Below, in pieces: positions 1 to 9,950 of a DNA stretch of 64,000 bases. The notes under the pieces are model-generated. The model saw nothing but the letters and a program-made list of their open reading frames with translations, searched no databases and was not told where the DNA came from. The DNA comes from Candidatus Pacearchaeota archaeon (GTDB lineage: Archaea; Nanobdellota; Nanobdellia; Pacearchaeales; GW2011-AR1). The stretch is from assembly GCA_018303825.1 (NCBI GenBank), contig JAGVXK010000021.1:1-64000 (forward strand), in the 5' to 3' direction. Position 1 is the first letter of the stretch, and each line of letters opens with the position of its first letter. Both the position numbers and the translations under genes were made by a program.

Positions 1-2445
1 AATTTTCAAGGATTCAATTCCCCTATCATCTATAATTTTAACTGCAATTCTTCCATTTTTACCTAATTTAAATGGGATTGATTTATTTCCTTTGTATTGC
101 TCGATTAAGTTTTCATCAATAACTGCTTTAACACTTTTAGCAAGCCTATCCCAACCTTCGCCATTTCCAGCCATTGGGAAAAAGACTTGCCGAGGATATA
201 GACTTCTTCCATCATAATCAGTATCTAACTCCCACATTGCAATTTTAGAAGAATCTCCTGATTCAATTTCTCCCGTTTTCGTGTTATAATAATCAAAACC
301 ATTTACTTGAACAACATATTTTTCTCCTTGTTTCTTGACTTCTACATCTGGTTGTCCCATTAACCAGAAAGATTCACTGTTTGATCTCTTTTTCTTTAAG
401 TCATTTGTAAGCAAATCAGTATTCATTTGAACCTTTAGAATGTTTACTCCAGGCCATTTTAATTCATCAATGTCTTTTGCAGCTTCAGGATCAAATTGGA
501 AAGAAGCAAAAATAACCATTTTCGGTTTTGGAACTAATGTCTGGGCCTCATCGATTGCTAATTCAATTTGTCTTTGTTCTAAAGGAGCATATTGAGGACC
601 AAATGAAATAACTGCCTTCTGTCCATCTTTCGTTTCTGCTTCAGCCTGAACAAATCTTGTCCCACCTAATGTTTCTATTCTTGTAAATTCTATCTTTTGA
701 CCTGCCTTTCCTCTTATTCCTGTTGCCAACATTTCATCAATCCAATCATTTTGTTTTATTGTTTCGCCAGAACGAGCAATTGTCATATCTGGTTCTTGAG
801 CTATTTTCTCTACAGCTTCAAAACTTATAACTCTTTGGGACGGAACTGCTTCTAAAGTAAAAGGTCCTGTAACTCTTTTTCTTTTTTTATCAATTAAAGG
901 TTGATCATAAAGAGTTTCTTCTTGTTTTGGTTCGTTATTTGCAATTGAGCTCATAGTAATATGCGGGACTTTAGTATAATTAAAGCCCGAATTAACTCCT
1001 TCAGAAGGGTGTGATAATTCATAATAATCAAAAATAGAAGTCATAAGACTCTCTTTTGTCAAGGTTATAGAAACTCTCGAAGTATCGCAAGTTACCCATC
1101 TTCTTCCCCATTTTTCCGCAGCATAAGCACTTGTTCCGCTTCCGCACGTTGGGTCTAAAATCAAATCTCCAGGGTCAGTCGTCATTAATAAACATCTTTC
1201 AATAACTTTGGTATTTGTTTCTACAACATAACGTTTATTGCTTGCAAAGGTACTTGTAACCGTATCATTCCAAGTATTGATCAATCCCACAACTGGAAAA
1301 TCTTTTTCAAATCTCATACCGTAAGTTTTTCCATTAAGTTCAAACAACCTATTTGCTCTTTTCAAGGTTTCAAGTTGTTCTTCTTTCATTCCGCCAATAT
1401 CGGTGAGTTTTATTAAATTACCTTCGGGTAACATTGACTGATTATCTTTTTCATCATTACTCAATTTTCTAACCTTTCCATTAGTCGTTTGAATCCAATC
1501 AAAAGTATTTGTTTTTTGTTGAAAATCTCTTTCTAAATATAATTGATTATATTTTAATTTTTTAATATCCTTTGCATACCAACATAAAAAATCATAGACT
1601 TGCCCTATATTGTTGGAGGGTTGAGAGGTTGCAGTTCTGAATGGAATAATTGTAACAAAGTTTTTTGAATCAAATACTTCATCCATAATCTCTCTTACAT
1701 GATGCAAATTCTCATCAGATATTTGTACAAAACAACTTCCGCTTTCTGTCAAAAGTTCTTTCGCAAGTTTTAATCTATCTCTTAAATAAGACAAATAAGA
1801 GTGAATTCCTAGCTCCCAAGTATCTCTAAACGCTTTAATCATTTCGGGTTCTTGTGTCAAATCTTCGTCTTTCCCATCTTTGACATCTCTTTTATTTACA
1901 AACGGCTGGAAGTTTGAACCATATTTAATTCCGTAAGGAGGATCAATGTAAATCATCTGGACTTTTTCAGACATTCCTTCTTTTTCTAAAAGAGAATTCA
2001 TAATTATCAAAGAATCTCCTGCAATTAAACGATTAGACCAATTTTGACTATGTTTATAGAATTCAATTGCTTCTCTTATTGGCAAATTACTTCCTGCAGA
2101 TTCAAAGTAGTGAAAAAGCTGCATTTGAGCAGTTTCCTCTTTTTTCTTAACATTTTCAATAATTGTTAGGGGATCTATTCTTTCATGAACATGAAGAGAA
2201 ACAGTATCAACATCAAAACTCATTCCTTCTTTTTTTCCAGTCCATTGTAGTTTGGGGTCTAAATAAGGATCATATTCATACTTCTTTATTCCATTTAAAT
2301 GATCAGTTTCAGCACTAACAAGTCCAACAGGCGGATTATTTGCCCTCTTTTGATATTGGTATGTATATTGTTTAACTTGGTCGTTAAATTCATGAGCGCT
2401 TGAGCGTTGTTTTATTGGGATTTTTCTGCGTTTAATTCTTGGCAT
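1..2445 (-). CDS. Site-specific N6-adenine DNA methyltransferase, Type III Mod-like (beta class); 3' end runs just off the window
   Basis: Hand translation from ATG at 2445 (not in the ORF track) gives MPRIKRRK..., IYIDPPYGIKYGSNFQPFVNKRDV (DPPY motif IV) before GDLILDPTCGSGTSAYAAEKWGRRW (motif I), and the C-terminal IAVKVIDDRGIESLKI at the window edge. Confidence 0.9.
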   Translation of the reverse strand, partial: MPRIKRRKIPIKQRSSAHEFNDQVKQYTYQYQKRANNPPVGLVSAETDHLNGIKKYEYDPYLDPKLQWTGKKEGMSFDVDTVSLHVHERIDPLTIIENVKKKEETAQMQLFHYFESAGSNLPIREAIEFYKHSQNWSNRLIAGDSLIIMNSLLEKEGMSEKVQMIYIDPPYGIKYGSNFQPFVNKRDVKDGKDEDLTQEPEMIKAFRDTWELGIHSYLSYLRDRLKLAKELLTESGSCFVQISDENLHHVREIMDEVFDSKNFVTIIPFRTATSQPSNNIGQVYDFLCWYAKDIKKLKYNQLYLERDFQQKTNTFDWIQTTNGKVRKLSNDEKDNQSMLPEGNLIKLTDIGGMKEEQLETLKRANRLFELNGKTYGMRFEKDFPVVGLINTWNDTVTSTFASNKRYVVETNTKVIERCLLMTTDPGDLILDPTCGSGTSAYAAEKWGRRWVTCDTSRVSITLTKESLMTSIFDYYELSHPSEGVNSGFNYTKVPHITMSSIANNEPKQEETLYDQPLIDKKRKRVTGPFTLEAVPSQRVISFEAVEKIAQEPDMTIARSGETIKQNDWIDEMLATGIRGKAGQKIEFTRIETLGGTRFVQAEAETKDGQKAVISFGPQYAPLEQRQIELAIDEAQTLVPKPKMVIFASFQFDPEAAKDIDELKWPGVNILKVQMNTDLLTNDLKKKRSNSESFWLMGQPDVEVKKQGEKYVVQVNGFDYYNTKTGEIESGDSSKIAMWELDTDYDGRSLYPRQVFFPMAGNGEGWDRLAKSVKAVIDENLIEQYKGNKSIPFKLGKNGRIAVKIIDDRGIESLKI

Positions 2446-2481
2446 AAGTTTTTTAGTAAATGATAGTTTTTAATCTTTTAC

Positions 2482-3168
2482 TTATTCTCCATCTTCGCTC
2501 TGTATGAGCTTGCACCATTCACATTCTTCTTCCTTTTGGCTATCTTTCGGACAAGGACCACTAAGCAACTTTAAAGCTTTCTTCCATATTTGCTCTGCAT
2601 TCTTCACATCTATCTTCATTTTCTTTAGAGTTGTGTCAAACACTACTTCACCCGTCTCAGTTACTTCTTTAGGTACATAGAACAACAAGAATGAATAATC
2701 CTCTGTTTCATAGCCATTCTTCCTAAGAAGATAATTGTAAATATCTAACTGATTTTGATAGTGATCTGCCGTATCATCTTTACAAGGGAAACCTCTTGTT
2801 TTATAGTCTAAAACAATGATTTTCTTACCCTTAACTAGAAGGTTATCTACTGCTCCATGTAAAACATTCCCTTCCTTATCTTTCAAAGAAATTCCCTTAA
2901 AGTTGTTTCTCCAAACAACCAATAACTCCTTATCCTCAAACAGCTTGCACCCTTTACAATCCTTATTCTCTTTCAATTCAGGAGGCAACTTTCCCTTATC
3001 TCTAAACTTGTCAAAATGTGTTTTTAGAATCCCATCCATTCCAGAAGGCAAAGAGGGGAATATTCCAGATGGTCTTTTCTTGTTCTTGTTATGATGTAAC
3101 CAGAAACATCTTGGACATTCTCCCATAAGACTCAATGCAGAAGGCGATAATTTGTAAGGCATAGCCAT
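2482..3168 (-). CDS. PD-(D/E)XK nuclease, Cas4/RecB-like
   Basis: LSPSALSLMGECPRCFW, GAVDNLL...VLDYKT (RecB motifs II/III), QLDIY, C-terminal CEWC. Confidence 0.8.
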   Translation of the reverse strand: MAMPYKLSPSALSLMGECPRCFWLHHNKNKKRPSGIFPSLPSGMDGILKTHFDKFRDKGKLPPELKENKDCKGCKLFEDKELLVVWRNNFKGISLKDKEGNVLHGAVDNLLVKGKKIIVLDYKTRGFPCKDDTADHYQNQLDIYNYLLRKNGYETEDYSFLLFYVPKEVTETGEVVFDTTLKKMKIDVKNAEQIWKKALKLLSGPCPKDSQKEEECEWCKLIQSEDGE

Positions 3169-3377
3169 AAGTACCTTAGAGGTTATAAAAAACTATCTTT
3201 TGAAAAATTTTCCTGAAATCCACTATACTATAAATAAAATAATTTAGAAATTGCGCATAATAAAATATAAATACAAGAGATGTTTATTAGGATAATGATA
3301 AAAAGGTGTTAGGAAGACATCTTAGAATTCTGGCCTTCCTGTAAAAGCAAAGAACAATTAAAACAGGAGGCAATCAA

Positions 3378-3554
3378 ATGAATAAGAAAGGACAACAATT
3401 TGTAGAGAAAGGATTAGTTTTTCTCGGTCTATGGTTAATCTCAGCAATAGTCTGGGCATTTTTTCTTGATGGAATAAATGTTGCTATTGCAAGTTGTTTA
3501 ACAGCGATAGGAGTAACCAGTGTGATAAACATAACAATTAGTGGTAAGAGATAA
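3378..3554 (+). CDS. 58-aa pilin-like membrane protein with class III signal peptide
   Basis: Below the ORF-track cutoff. SD ggagg upstream; MNKKG|QQFVEKGLVFLGLWLISAIVWAFFLDGINVAIASCLTAIGVTSVINITISGKR has the KKG cleavage site, E at +5 and two hydrophobic stretches. Confidence 0.6.
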   Translation: MNKKGQQFVEKGLVFLGLWLISAIVWAFFLDGINVAIASCLTAIGVTSVINITISGKR

Positions 3555-3562
3555 CATCTAAG

Positions 3563-3970
3563 CCCCCTCCCTCGAGGGAGGGGGTTGGGGGTGGGTGGCA
3601 ATGGGTGAACAAGCCGAACTCCTGCAGGCGAAGTGAATTGAGCGACTATCGTTACAAGAGGAGGTTGGGAGGTGAATTGGAACGAAGGAGCGAAAGAACC
3701 CTTTAGAGCAAACAAAAATCCAAAAGTTTGCATAAGAGCGCTCTTATGCGAAAAACGCAATAACTCCCTTTTGGATTTTTGAGTAAGGGCAAAGCTTTTC
3801 GTAAGAAAAGTTCGTTTATGAACATAAACGAAGGCTTTAGCCCTTGCACTTACGGTTTGCGTATGCTGTAAGCGAGAACCAGCTATAACTTATGAAAAAG
3901 GTAGATTGGTTCGAGCTTTAAGGGCTATCTTCCCGTTGTTTTTGCGGTACGCAAAACATTCTGGGAAGAT
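3563..3970. repeat. Cluster of perfect palindromes and nested hairpins (non-coding)
   Basis: 22-bp palindrome 3563-3584; 20-bp palindrome 3730-3749 nested in a 14-bp IR (3713-3726/3768-3781); ttcgtttatg-aa-cataaacgaa 3811-3832; atcttccc/gggaagat 3927-3934/3963-3970 enclosing tttgcg-gta-cgcaaa. Confidence 0.85.
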
Positions 3971-3978
3971 TGAGCATA

Positions 3979-5349
3979 TTATTCTACCTTTACGAACTCT
4001 GTGCCATCCATCACAACCCTCTCTATCTTATAGTCTGATGTTTCTGAGGGTTTATTAGAATCTTTAGACTCAAATGCATCAAGAGGCTTCTGTGGTTCCG
4101 AGGGTTTGTTTTTCTCTGGATTGAGTTCATAATATCCTCTTCTTGGCTTAATCAAAATATTATTATCAAGGTTCATTTTAAGTCCTCGTTCTACCGTTGC
4201 CTTAGAATACTTGTAAGATTTCATTGCCTCAATAGCCTCAGAGGTATATAGTGTGGTTTTCTGATGCTCCGCCATGAATTTAATAATCCTCTTCGCGCAC
4301 TCTTCATCTGCACAGAGAGCATCTTCAGCATCCCCTGCACATTCCATCCTCAAACTATCTTCAGTCCACTCAAAATTAACCCTTTTAGGATCCATTTCCT
4401 GTTTATACCTGCATTTGGCCTGCTTTAGAATAAAGCTGTTTTCAGAGCCTCTATTTCTCTGCAAGATCAAGATTATATCTGCACAATTTGCTAAATCTGA
4501 GCTTCCTCTTAACTCATCCATATCATCAATTGGATTCTTTCCAGCCATGCCTTTCCTTAGATGATGAAGTAATATCCAAGTAACGCCATACTTCTCGGTA
4601 ATTGGCTTTAAATGGTTTGTAAATAAATTAGAGATAAAGCCCGCATCATTCTCATCAAATCCTATAAATCTTCTAAAGCTATCTATTACAATAACCTCTG
4701 GCTTAAAATCTTCTAATGTTCTCTTAAGTTTTTCAACTTCGGAAGGATCATCAAATCTAAATCTTGCATAAGGCAAAAAAGCCACATCTGAATCTGTGTT
4801 TAAATTCAATCCCTTCTTTATCTTATCAACCCTATCTTTTATTAGAGAAACATCATTCTCTGCGTCAATGTAGAGAACTTTTGTCTTTTTAGTTGAAAAC
4901 TTATTTAGAAAAGGCAAACCCTGTGCTATACTATAACTCAAAACGACTGAAGTAGCGCTCTTATAAGTTCCTCTTTTACCCCCGATAACACAAATAGAAT
5001 TTTTAGGAATCAATTCTTCAATAATCCAATCAATAGGCTTAATCTCTAAACTGCTTAAATCCTTATCATAAATTATCTTGAGCTTATCTTCTTTCTTCTC
5101 AATCTTTTTTTCAGCTTTTTCTTTGCTTTCCTTTTCTTCTTTAAAACTCAAATTTCTAAACGTGAAAAACTTCTTTATCTGCTCTATATAGATAGTTTTC
5201 TCTTTTTGATAAAAAGGATTTTTAGAATAATATTCAGATTTATCTTTTACAATCTTTCTTATAGGGCCTTCTGCTCCCGGGTGTTGTTTAATCAATTCAT
5301 CTAATTCTCTTTCGTCGTAGCCAATAACGGGAGTATCTTTTTTATTCAT
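3979..5349 (-). CDS. AAA_25 / RepA-like (SF4-type) replicative ATPase-helicase
   Basis: Walker A GGKRGTYKS, VLYIDAEN, Walker B VIVIDSF, ILLHHLRK and RGSSDL motifs; possible C-terminal wHTH. Confidence 0.8.
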   Translation of the reverse strand: MNKKDTPVIGYDERELDELIKQHPGAEGPIRKIVKDKSEYYSKNPFYQKEKTIYIEQIKKFFTFRNLSFKEEKESKEKAEKKIEKKEDKLKIIYDKDLSSLEIKPIDWIIEELIPKNSICVIGGKRGTYKSATSVVLSYSIAQGLPFLNKFSTKKTKVLYIDAENDVSLIKDRVDKIKKGLNLNTDSDVAFLPYARFRFDDPSEVEKLKRTLEDFKPEVIVIDSFRRFIGFDENDAGFISNLFTNHLKPITEKYGVTWILLHHLRKGMAGKNPIDDMDELRGSSDLANCADIILILQRNRGSENSFILKQAKCRYKQEMDPKRVNFEWTEDSLRMECAGDAEDALCADEECAKRIIKFMAEHQKTTLYTSEAIEAMKSYKYSKATVERGLKMNLDNNILIKPRRGYYELNPEKNKPSEPQKPLDAFESKDSNKPSETSDYKIERVVMDGTEFVKVE

Positions 5350-5582
5350 GTTTTGACTCCCTTAAATCTAATTATTTTTATCTTGCGCTTTCTCTGTAAA
5401 TAGAAAAGTAACTTCCAAACATCCTGTTTTTTTAATTGAAGAGATCTCCCCAAGACCATAAAAATTTCAGGGAAAGTTATGATACCACTAGGTCTGCATT
5501 TACAACTATTTATTCTAGCTAAGACAATTTGATCAAAGTCAAATCGCCCTTCTTTATGAGCTGTCTTTACCTTCTTTTTCAT
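5346..5582 (-). CDS. Small basic hypothetical protein, possibly winged-helix
   Basis: 78-aa ORF with a 4-nt overlap to the helicase start; Lys/Arg-rich. Confidence 0.5.
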   Translation of the reverse strand: MKKKVKTAHKEGRFDFDQIVLARINSCKCRPSGIITFPEIFMVLGRSLQLKKQDVWKLLFYLQRKRKIKIIRFKGVKT

Positions 5583-5682
5583 GTTTATTAGCGTCAGAGG
5601 AAGACTCGTCAGTCTTCCCTTTTTTAATCTCTTCTTTGAGAATGTTAAACCAGTTAGGAGTTGTTGGGACTTTCATTTCCAT
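5554..5682 (-). CDS. 42-aa hypothetical protein
   Basis: MEMKVPTTPNWFNILKEEIKK...; strong SD aggaggtg upstream, but it overlaps both neighbours. Confidence 0.3.
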   Translation of the reverse strand: MEMKVPTTPNWFNILKEEIKKGKTDESSSDANKHEKEGKDSS

Positions 5683-5800
5683 TTTTCAACACCTCCTTAA
5701 GCATTTGTTCAATAAAACGAGATCTTGAAACTAATCCTTTTAGAGAATTAATTTTATTTACAATTTCTCTTTCTATTGATAGTGTTATGATTGTTCTCAT
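5654..5800 (-). CDS. Ribbon-helix-helix (CopG/Arc-like) regulator, 48 aa
   Basis: Hand translation MRTIITLSIEREIVNKINSLKGLVSRSRFIEQMLKEVL shows the alternating beta-strand, helix, then SRS-x-FI helix pattern of RHH proteins. Confidence 0.65.
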   Translation of the reverse strand: MRTIITLSIEREIVNKINSLKGLVSRSRFIEQMLKEVLKNGNESPNNS

Positions 5801-6013
5801 TTTTGTTATCTCTCTTAACCTTATAGTGCTGAAAGATTGAAAAAAATCCGCAACTTTTCAAAATTCAAAATGAAAATAGAAGAATATATAAACTTCAGAT
5901 TATTAAGCTTAATAATAAGGCATTCAATAGATTCTTATTGTCCTTCGGGGCCATTTTATTTCTATCCTGTCAGTAATACAAAGGTTTTTAATTAGTTCAA
6001 GTGCATTAAAATA

Positions 6014-6286
6014 ATGAGCGTTGAAGAATTTATTAAACAAGGAACTGCTGATTTTAAAAGCGATTTTATTGATTTTCTAAGAAAAAGGGCTGTAGCAAAG
6101 GGATGGCCATGCGACAGATTAAGCTCTTATACATTAAGTGATGGCTTCAATGACTTAAATAGGAAATATAATGGCAGAGGTCCATTTTACTTGGGTTTGG
6201 CTTTGCATGAAATGCTTAGTTCAAATGAACTTAGATTTAAAGAAGATGATAATGCTGGAGATGTTTACATTCTTGCCCACAGATAA
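6014..6286 (+). CDS. Hypothetical protein
   Basis: 90-aa ORF preceded by an AT-rich promoter-like sequence. Confidence 0.5.
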   Translation: MSVEEFIKQGTADFKSDFIDFLRKRAVAKGWPCDRLSSYTLSDGFNDLNRKYNGRGPFYLGLALHEMLSSNELRFKEDDNAGDVYILAHR

Positions 6287-6390
6287 CAACAATATTTATA
6301 TATAAGTTATGTCTTAGAAAGGGATATTTGTATCGTATTTTTTCTCGAAAAATACTAGTTTTTACTGTGTTCCACGATGGACTTTCACTT

Positions 6391-6406
6391 AGAAAAGTTT
6401 AAAAAG
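6391..6406 (+). promoter_or_regulatory. BRE/TATA-like promoter of the RNA polymerase operon
   Basis: agaaaag-tttaaaaag, ~70 nt upstream of the rpoH start. Confidence 0.45.
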
Positions 6407-6473
6407 CCACTTTTATAATACTTGTTATCACCCTATATTAAATATTTTCCCTGAGAGAGCTATTCAACTTAGA

Positions 6474-6680
6474 ATGCACGAATTACAGCCAAAACATACA
6501 AAACTGAAACCTGAAGAGGTAAAGAAACTATTGGAAAAATATAATCTTTCTGTTTCGCAATTGGCAAAAATAAAGGCAGATGACCCTGCTGTTCCTGCTG
6601 GCTGTGTCAGGGGGGAAATATTAAAAGTTGAAAGAAAAGACGGCGACAAAGTAAACATATATTTCAGGGTGGTAGTTTAA
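6474..6680 (+). CDS. rpoH: RNA polymerase subunit Rpo5 (H)
   Basis: HELQPKHTKL...LAKIKADDPAV...GEILKVER...YFRVVV; first gene of the rpoHBA operon. Confidence 0.95.
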   Translation: MHELQPKHTKLKPEEVKKLLEKYNLSVSQLAKIKADDPAVPAGCVRGEILKVERKDGDKVNIYFRVVV

Positions 6681-9600
6681 TGGCTGAGAAACACCTTCTT
6701 GTTAAAAAATATCTTGAGCAGCATTCTCTTGTAGAATCAAACATTCTTTCTTTCAATGATTTCTTGAAAAATAAGATGCAGCAAATTGTCAATGAAATAA
6801 ATGACAATTTGGAAAATGAAGAAGTCGAAATAAAACTCGGCAAAGTCAGAATAGAAAAACCAAATATTATTGAAGCAGATGGAAGTTCAACTCAAATTAC
6901 TCCCGCAATCGCAAGATTGAGAAATCTTACCTATTCTGCTCCTGTTTTCATTGAATTGAGCATCAAGTATGGAGATCAAACCGACAGCGCTGAAGTTGAA
7001 GTTGGAAGAATCCCTATAATTGTCAAGAGCCTGGCATGCAACACATTCGGAATGGATAAGGAAGAGTTAAGAAAAAACTACATGGACCCATTGGATCCTG
7101 GAGGATATTTCATAATTAATGGAAATGAAAAAGTCATTGTAATGTCTGAAGACCTTGCTGCAAACCAGCCATTTATAGAGGAGGGAAGGCTTGGATTAAC
7201 ATTAAAATTATTTTCACAGAGGGGCTCTTACAGAATTCCCACAACTATCTCAGAGACACACGATGGAATACTAGAGCTCAGCTTCTCAAGATTGAAGAAT
7301 ATTCCCGCTCTTGTTGTGTTAAAATGCCTTGGAATAACAAAGGAAGCAGAGATTGCTAAATACATAGGACATGAAAATGACTGCTTAATAGTTAACCTCT
7401 ATGAGTACGCAGAATTGCAGGATGCTGAAGAGGCGATGATGTTTCTTGCGGAAAAAGCGGGAATACAAGGAACAAGAAAAGAAATTATCGACAGAGTCAA
7501 GCAGAGAATAGATTCCTTCTTTCTGCCGCATATAGGTTTGGAAAAAACATCCAGGCAGGAAAAAGCACTGACATTGTGCAGGTTGCTAAGATTATATCTT
7601 CTGGCAAAAGAAAACAAAAATATCAGAACAGACAAAGACCATTATGCAAACAAGAGAGTAAAACTTTCGGGAGATTTGATGTCCGACTTGTTCAGAGTAA
7701 ACATAAACATTCTTGTAAGAGATGTCCAATATTCATTGCAGAAGATTGCAAAGAGAAAGAAATTTTATTCATTAAAGACTATCGCTAAATCTACTTTATT
7801 CACGCACAGAATTGAATCAGCAATTGCAACAGGAAGCTGGATTGGAGAAAGGTCTGGAGTTACGCAGAATATGGACAAGACGAACTATCTTGCAATGCTT
7901 TCACAGCTGATGAGAGTTACTTCTATGCTTCCGGGAGAACAGGAGAACTTCCTGGCCAGAACATTGCATCCGACACATTATGGAAGATTCTGCACTACGG
8001 AAAGCCCGGAAGGAGGAGAGCTTGGATTAAGAAAGAACTTATCTATATTAGCAAAAATTTCAACTCATCTTGAATTTGATGAGCCTGCCGTAATGAAAAA
8101 ATTCAAGGAGCTTGGATTGAATGCAGAGAATGGGAGCGACGTGTTTTTCAATGGAAGAGCAATTGGATTTGTCAGCAATCCTGGAGAATTTGCAGACAAA
8201 GCAAGATGGGCAAGAAGAAACTCTGAATTACCGAAGGAATTAAGTGTTAGATTTGATGAAGATACTGGAATAATTCTCATGTCAACTGAAGTTGGAAGAG
8301 TTCTCAGGCCTTTAATAGTTGTAGAAAATAGTGCCAGCAGATTGAGAGATGAGCATTTGGAACTTTTAGAAGAGGGAAAAATAACATGGAGTGATTTAAT
8401 TAGCCAGGGAATAGTTGAATATATTGATGCTGCCGAAGAAGATAATGCATATGTTTCTTTATTACAAGATAAATTAACAAGCGAACATACTCATTTGGAA
8501 GTAGACTGGGTGGATTTATTCGGACTTATTACAAGTTTAGTCCCATTTGCAAACCACGATCCAGGATCAAGATTGATAAGAGGAAGCAAGACATTAAAGC
8601 AGAGCTTGGGAATTTATGCTGCAAACTATCTTGTAAGATTAGATACTGATGTTTCTGTGCTGCATTATCCACAAAAGCCAATTGTTAGAAGTTTTGTGTA
8701 TGACACTCTTGATGTATATCCTGCTGGGCAAAATATTGTTGTAGCAATTATGCCTTTCGAAGGATATAATTTGGAAGATGCTGTTGTGTTGAATAAAGCA
8801 AGCATTGACAGAGGAATGGGCAGATCAACTTATTTTAGGCCATATTCCACAACAGAATTGCAATATGCTGGAGGATTGTCAGATGAAATACTTATTCCAG
8901 ATAAGGATGTTTCTGGTTATAGGACCGAAATGTCATATAAATATTTGGAAGATGATGGAATCGCATTCCCCGAAGCTTCTATGAATGAAGGGGAAGTATT
9001 GATTGGAAAAGTAACTCCCCCTAAATTCTTGTCTGAGGCAAAAGACATAAGCATCCAAGCAAAAAAAGAAGCCAGCGTTGCAGTCAGACAGGAAGAAAAA
9101 GGAACAGTTGATGCTGTATTTGTCACAGTAGATCAGGAAGGAAATAGAATTGCACAAGTCAGGACAAGAGATTTGAGACTTCCAGAAATAGGAGACAAAT
9201 TCTCTACGCCTCATGGGCAAAAAGGAGTAGTCGGATTAATTGCTGATGCCGAGGATATTCCGTTCACTGGAAGGGGGGTAAAGCCGGATCTGATGTTCAA
9301 CCCGCAAGGCATCCCGAGCAGAATGACAATAGGATATCTTATTGAATTATTAGCCGGAAAAGTAGCTTCTACAAATGGAAAAATAATTGACGGAACTCCA
9401 TTCGCAGGACAAACTGCCGAGGAATTGGAGGAGCAATTGAGGGAGATGGGATTCAGCTATGACGGAAAAGAATCTATGTATAATGGAATTACTGGAAAAA
9501 AAATGGATGTTAAAATTTATATTGGGAATATGTATTATTTGAAATTGAAGCACATGGTCGGAAACAAGCTTCACGCAAGAGCTTCTGGAAAAGTTGCATT

Positions 9601-9925
9601 ATTGACAAGGCAGCCTATTGAAGGAAGAGCGAGGGGGGGAGGACTAAGACTGGGGGAAATGGAGCAGCAGGCATTAGCAGGGCATGGAGCATCATTGCTG
9701 TTGAAAGAAAGATATGATTCTGACAAGACAGTTATCTGGATTTGCAAAGAATGCGGAAATATGACATATGAAGATACTTTAAGAAATAAAATTGGATGTG
9801 ATATCTGCGGAAGCAATGAGTCGGAAGCCATAGAGGTTTCATATGCATTCAAATTACTAGTTGATGAACTTCTTGGATTGGGAATTCACACCTCATTTGA
9901 ATTAAAGGAGAAATACGCACGATGA
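6680..9925 (+). CDS. rpoB: RNA polymerase subunit Rpo2 (B, unsplit)
   Basis: GGYFIINGNEKV, DHYANKRVKLSGDL, GDKFSTPHGQKG, GGLRLGEME, C-terminal Zn ribbon CKECG...CDICG. Confidence 0.98.
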   Translation: MAEKHLLVKKYLEQHSLVESNILSFNDFLKNKMQQIVNEINDNLENEEVEIKLGKVRIEKPNIIEADGSSTQITPAIARLRNLTYSAPVFIELSIKYGDQTDSAEVEVGRIPIIVKSLACNTFGMDKEELRKNYMDPLDPGGYFIINGNEKVIVMSEDLAANQPFIEEGRLGLTLKLFSQRGSYRIPTTISETHDGILELSFSRLKNIPALVVLKCLGITKEAEIAKYIGHENDCLIVNLYEYAELQDAEEAMMFLAEKAGIQGTRKEIIDRVKQRIDSFFLPHIGLEKTSRQEKALTLCRLLRLYLLAKENKNIRTDKDHYANKRVKLSGDLMSDLFRVNINILVRDVQYSLQKIAKRKKFYSLKTIAKSTLFTHRIESAIATGSWIGERSGVTQNMDKTNYLAMLSQLMRVTSMLPGEQENFLARTLHPTHYGRFCTTESPEGGELGLRKNLSILAKISTHLEFDEPAVMKKFKELGLNAENGSDVFFNGRAIGFVSNPGEFADKARWARRNSELPKELSVRFDEDTGIILMSTEVGRVLRPLIVVENSASRLRDEHLELLEEGKITWSDLISQGIVEYIDAAEEDNAYVSLLQDKLTSEHTHLEVDWVDLFGLITSLVPFANHDPGSRLIRGSKTLKQSLGIYAANYLVRLDTDVSVLHYPQKPIVRSFVYDTLDVYPAGQNIVVAIMPFEGYNLEDAVVLNKASIDRGMGRSTYFRPYSTTELQYAGGLSDEILIPDKDVSGYRTEMSYKYLEDDGIAFPEASMNEGEVLIGKVTPPKFLSEAKDISIQAKKEASVAVRQEEKGTVDAVFVTVDQEGNRIAQVRTRDLRLPEIGDKFSTPHGQKGVVGLIADAEDIPFTGRGVKPDLMFNPQGIPSRMTIGYLIELLAGKVASTNGKIIDGTPFAGQTAEELEEQLREMGFSYDGKESMYNGITGKKMDVKIYIGNMYYLKLKHMVGNKLHARASGKVALLTRQPIEGRARGGGLRLGEMEQQALAGHGASLLLKERYDSDKTVIWICKECGNMTYEDTLRNKIGCDICGSNESEAIEVSYAFKLLVDELLGLGIHTSFELKEKYAR

Positions 9926-9950
9926 AAACATTAATGGAAGGAGTTTAAAT

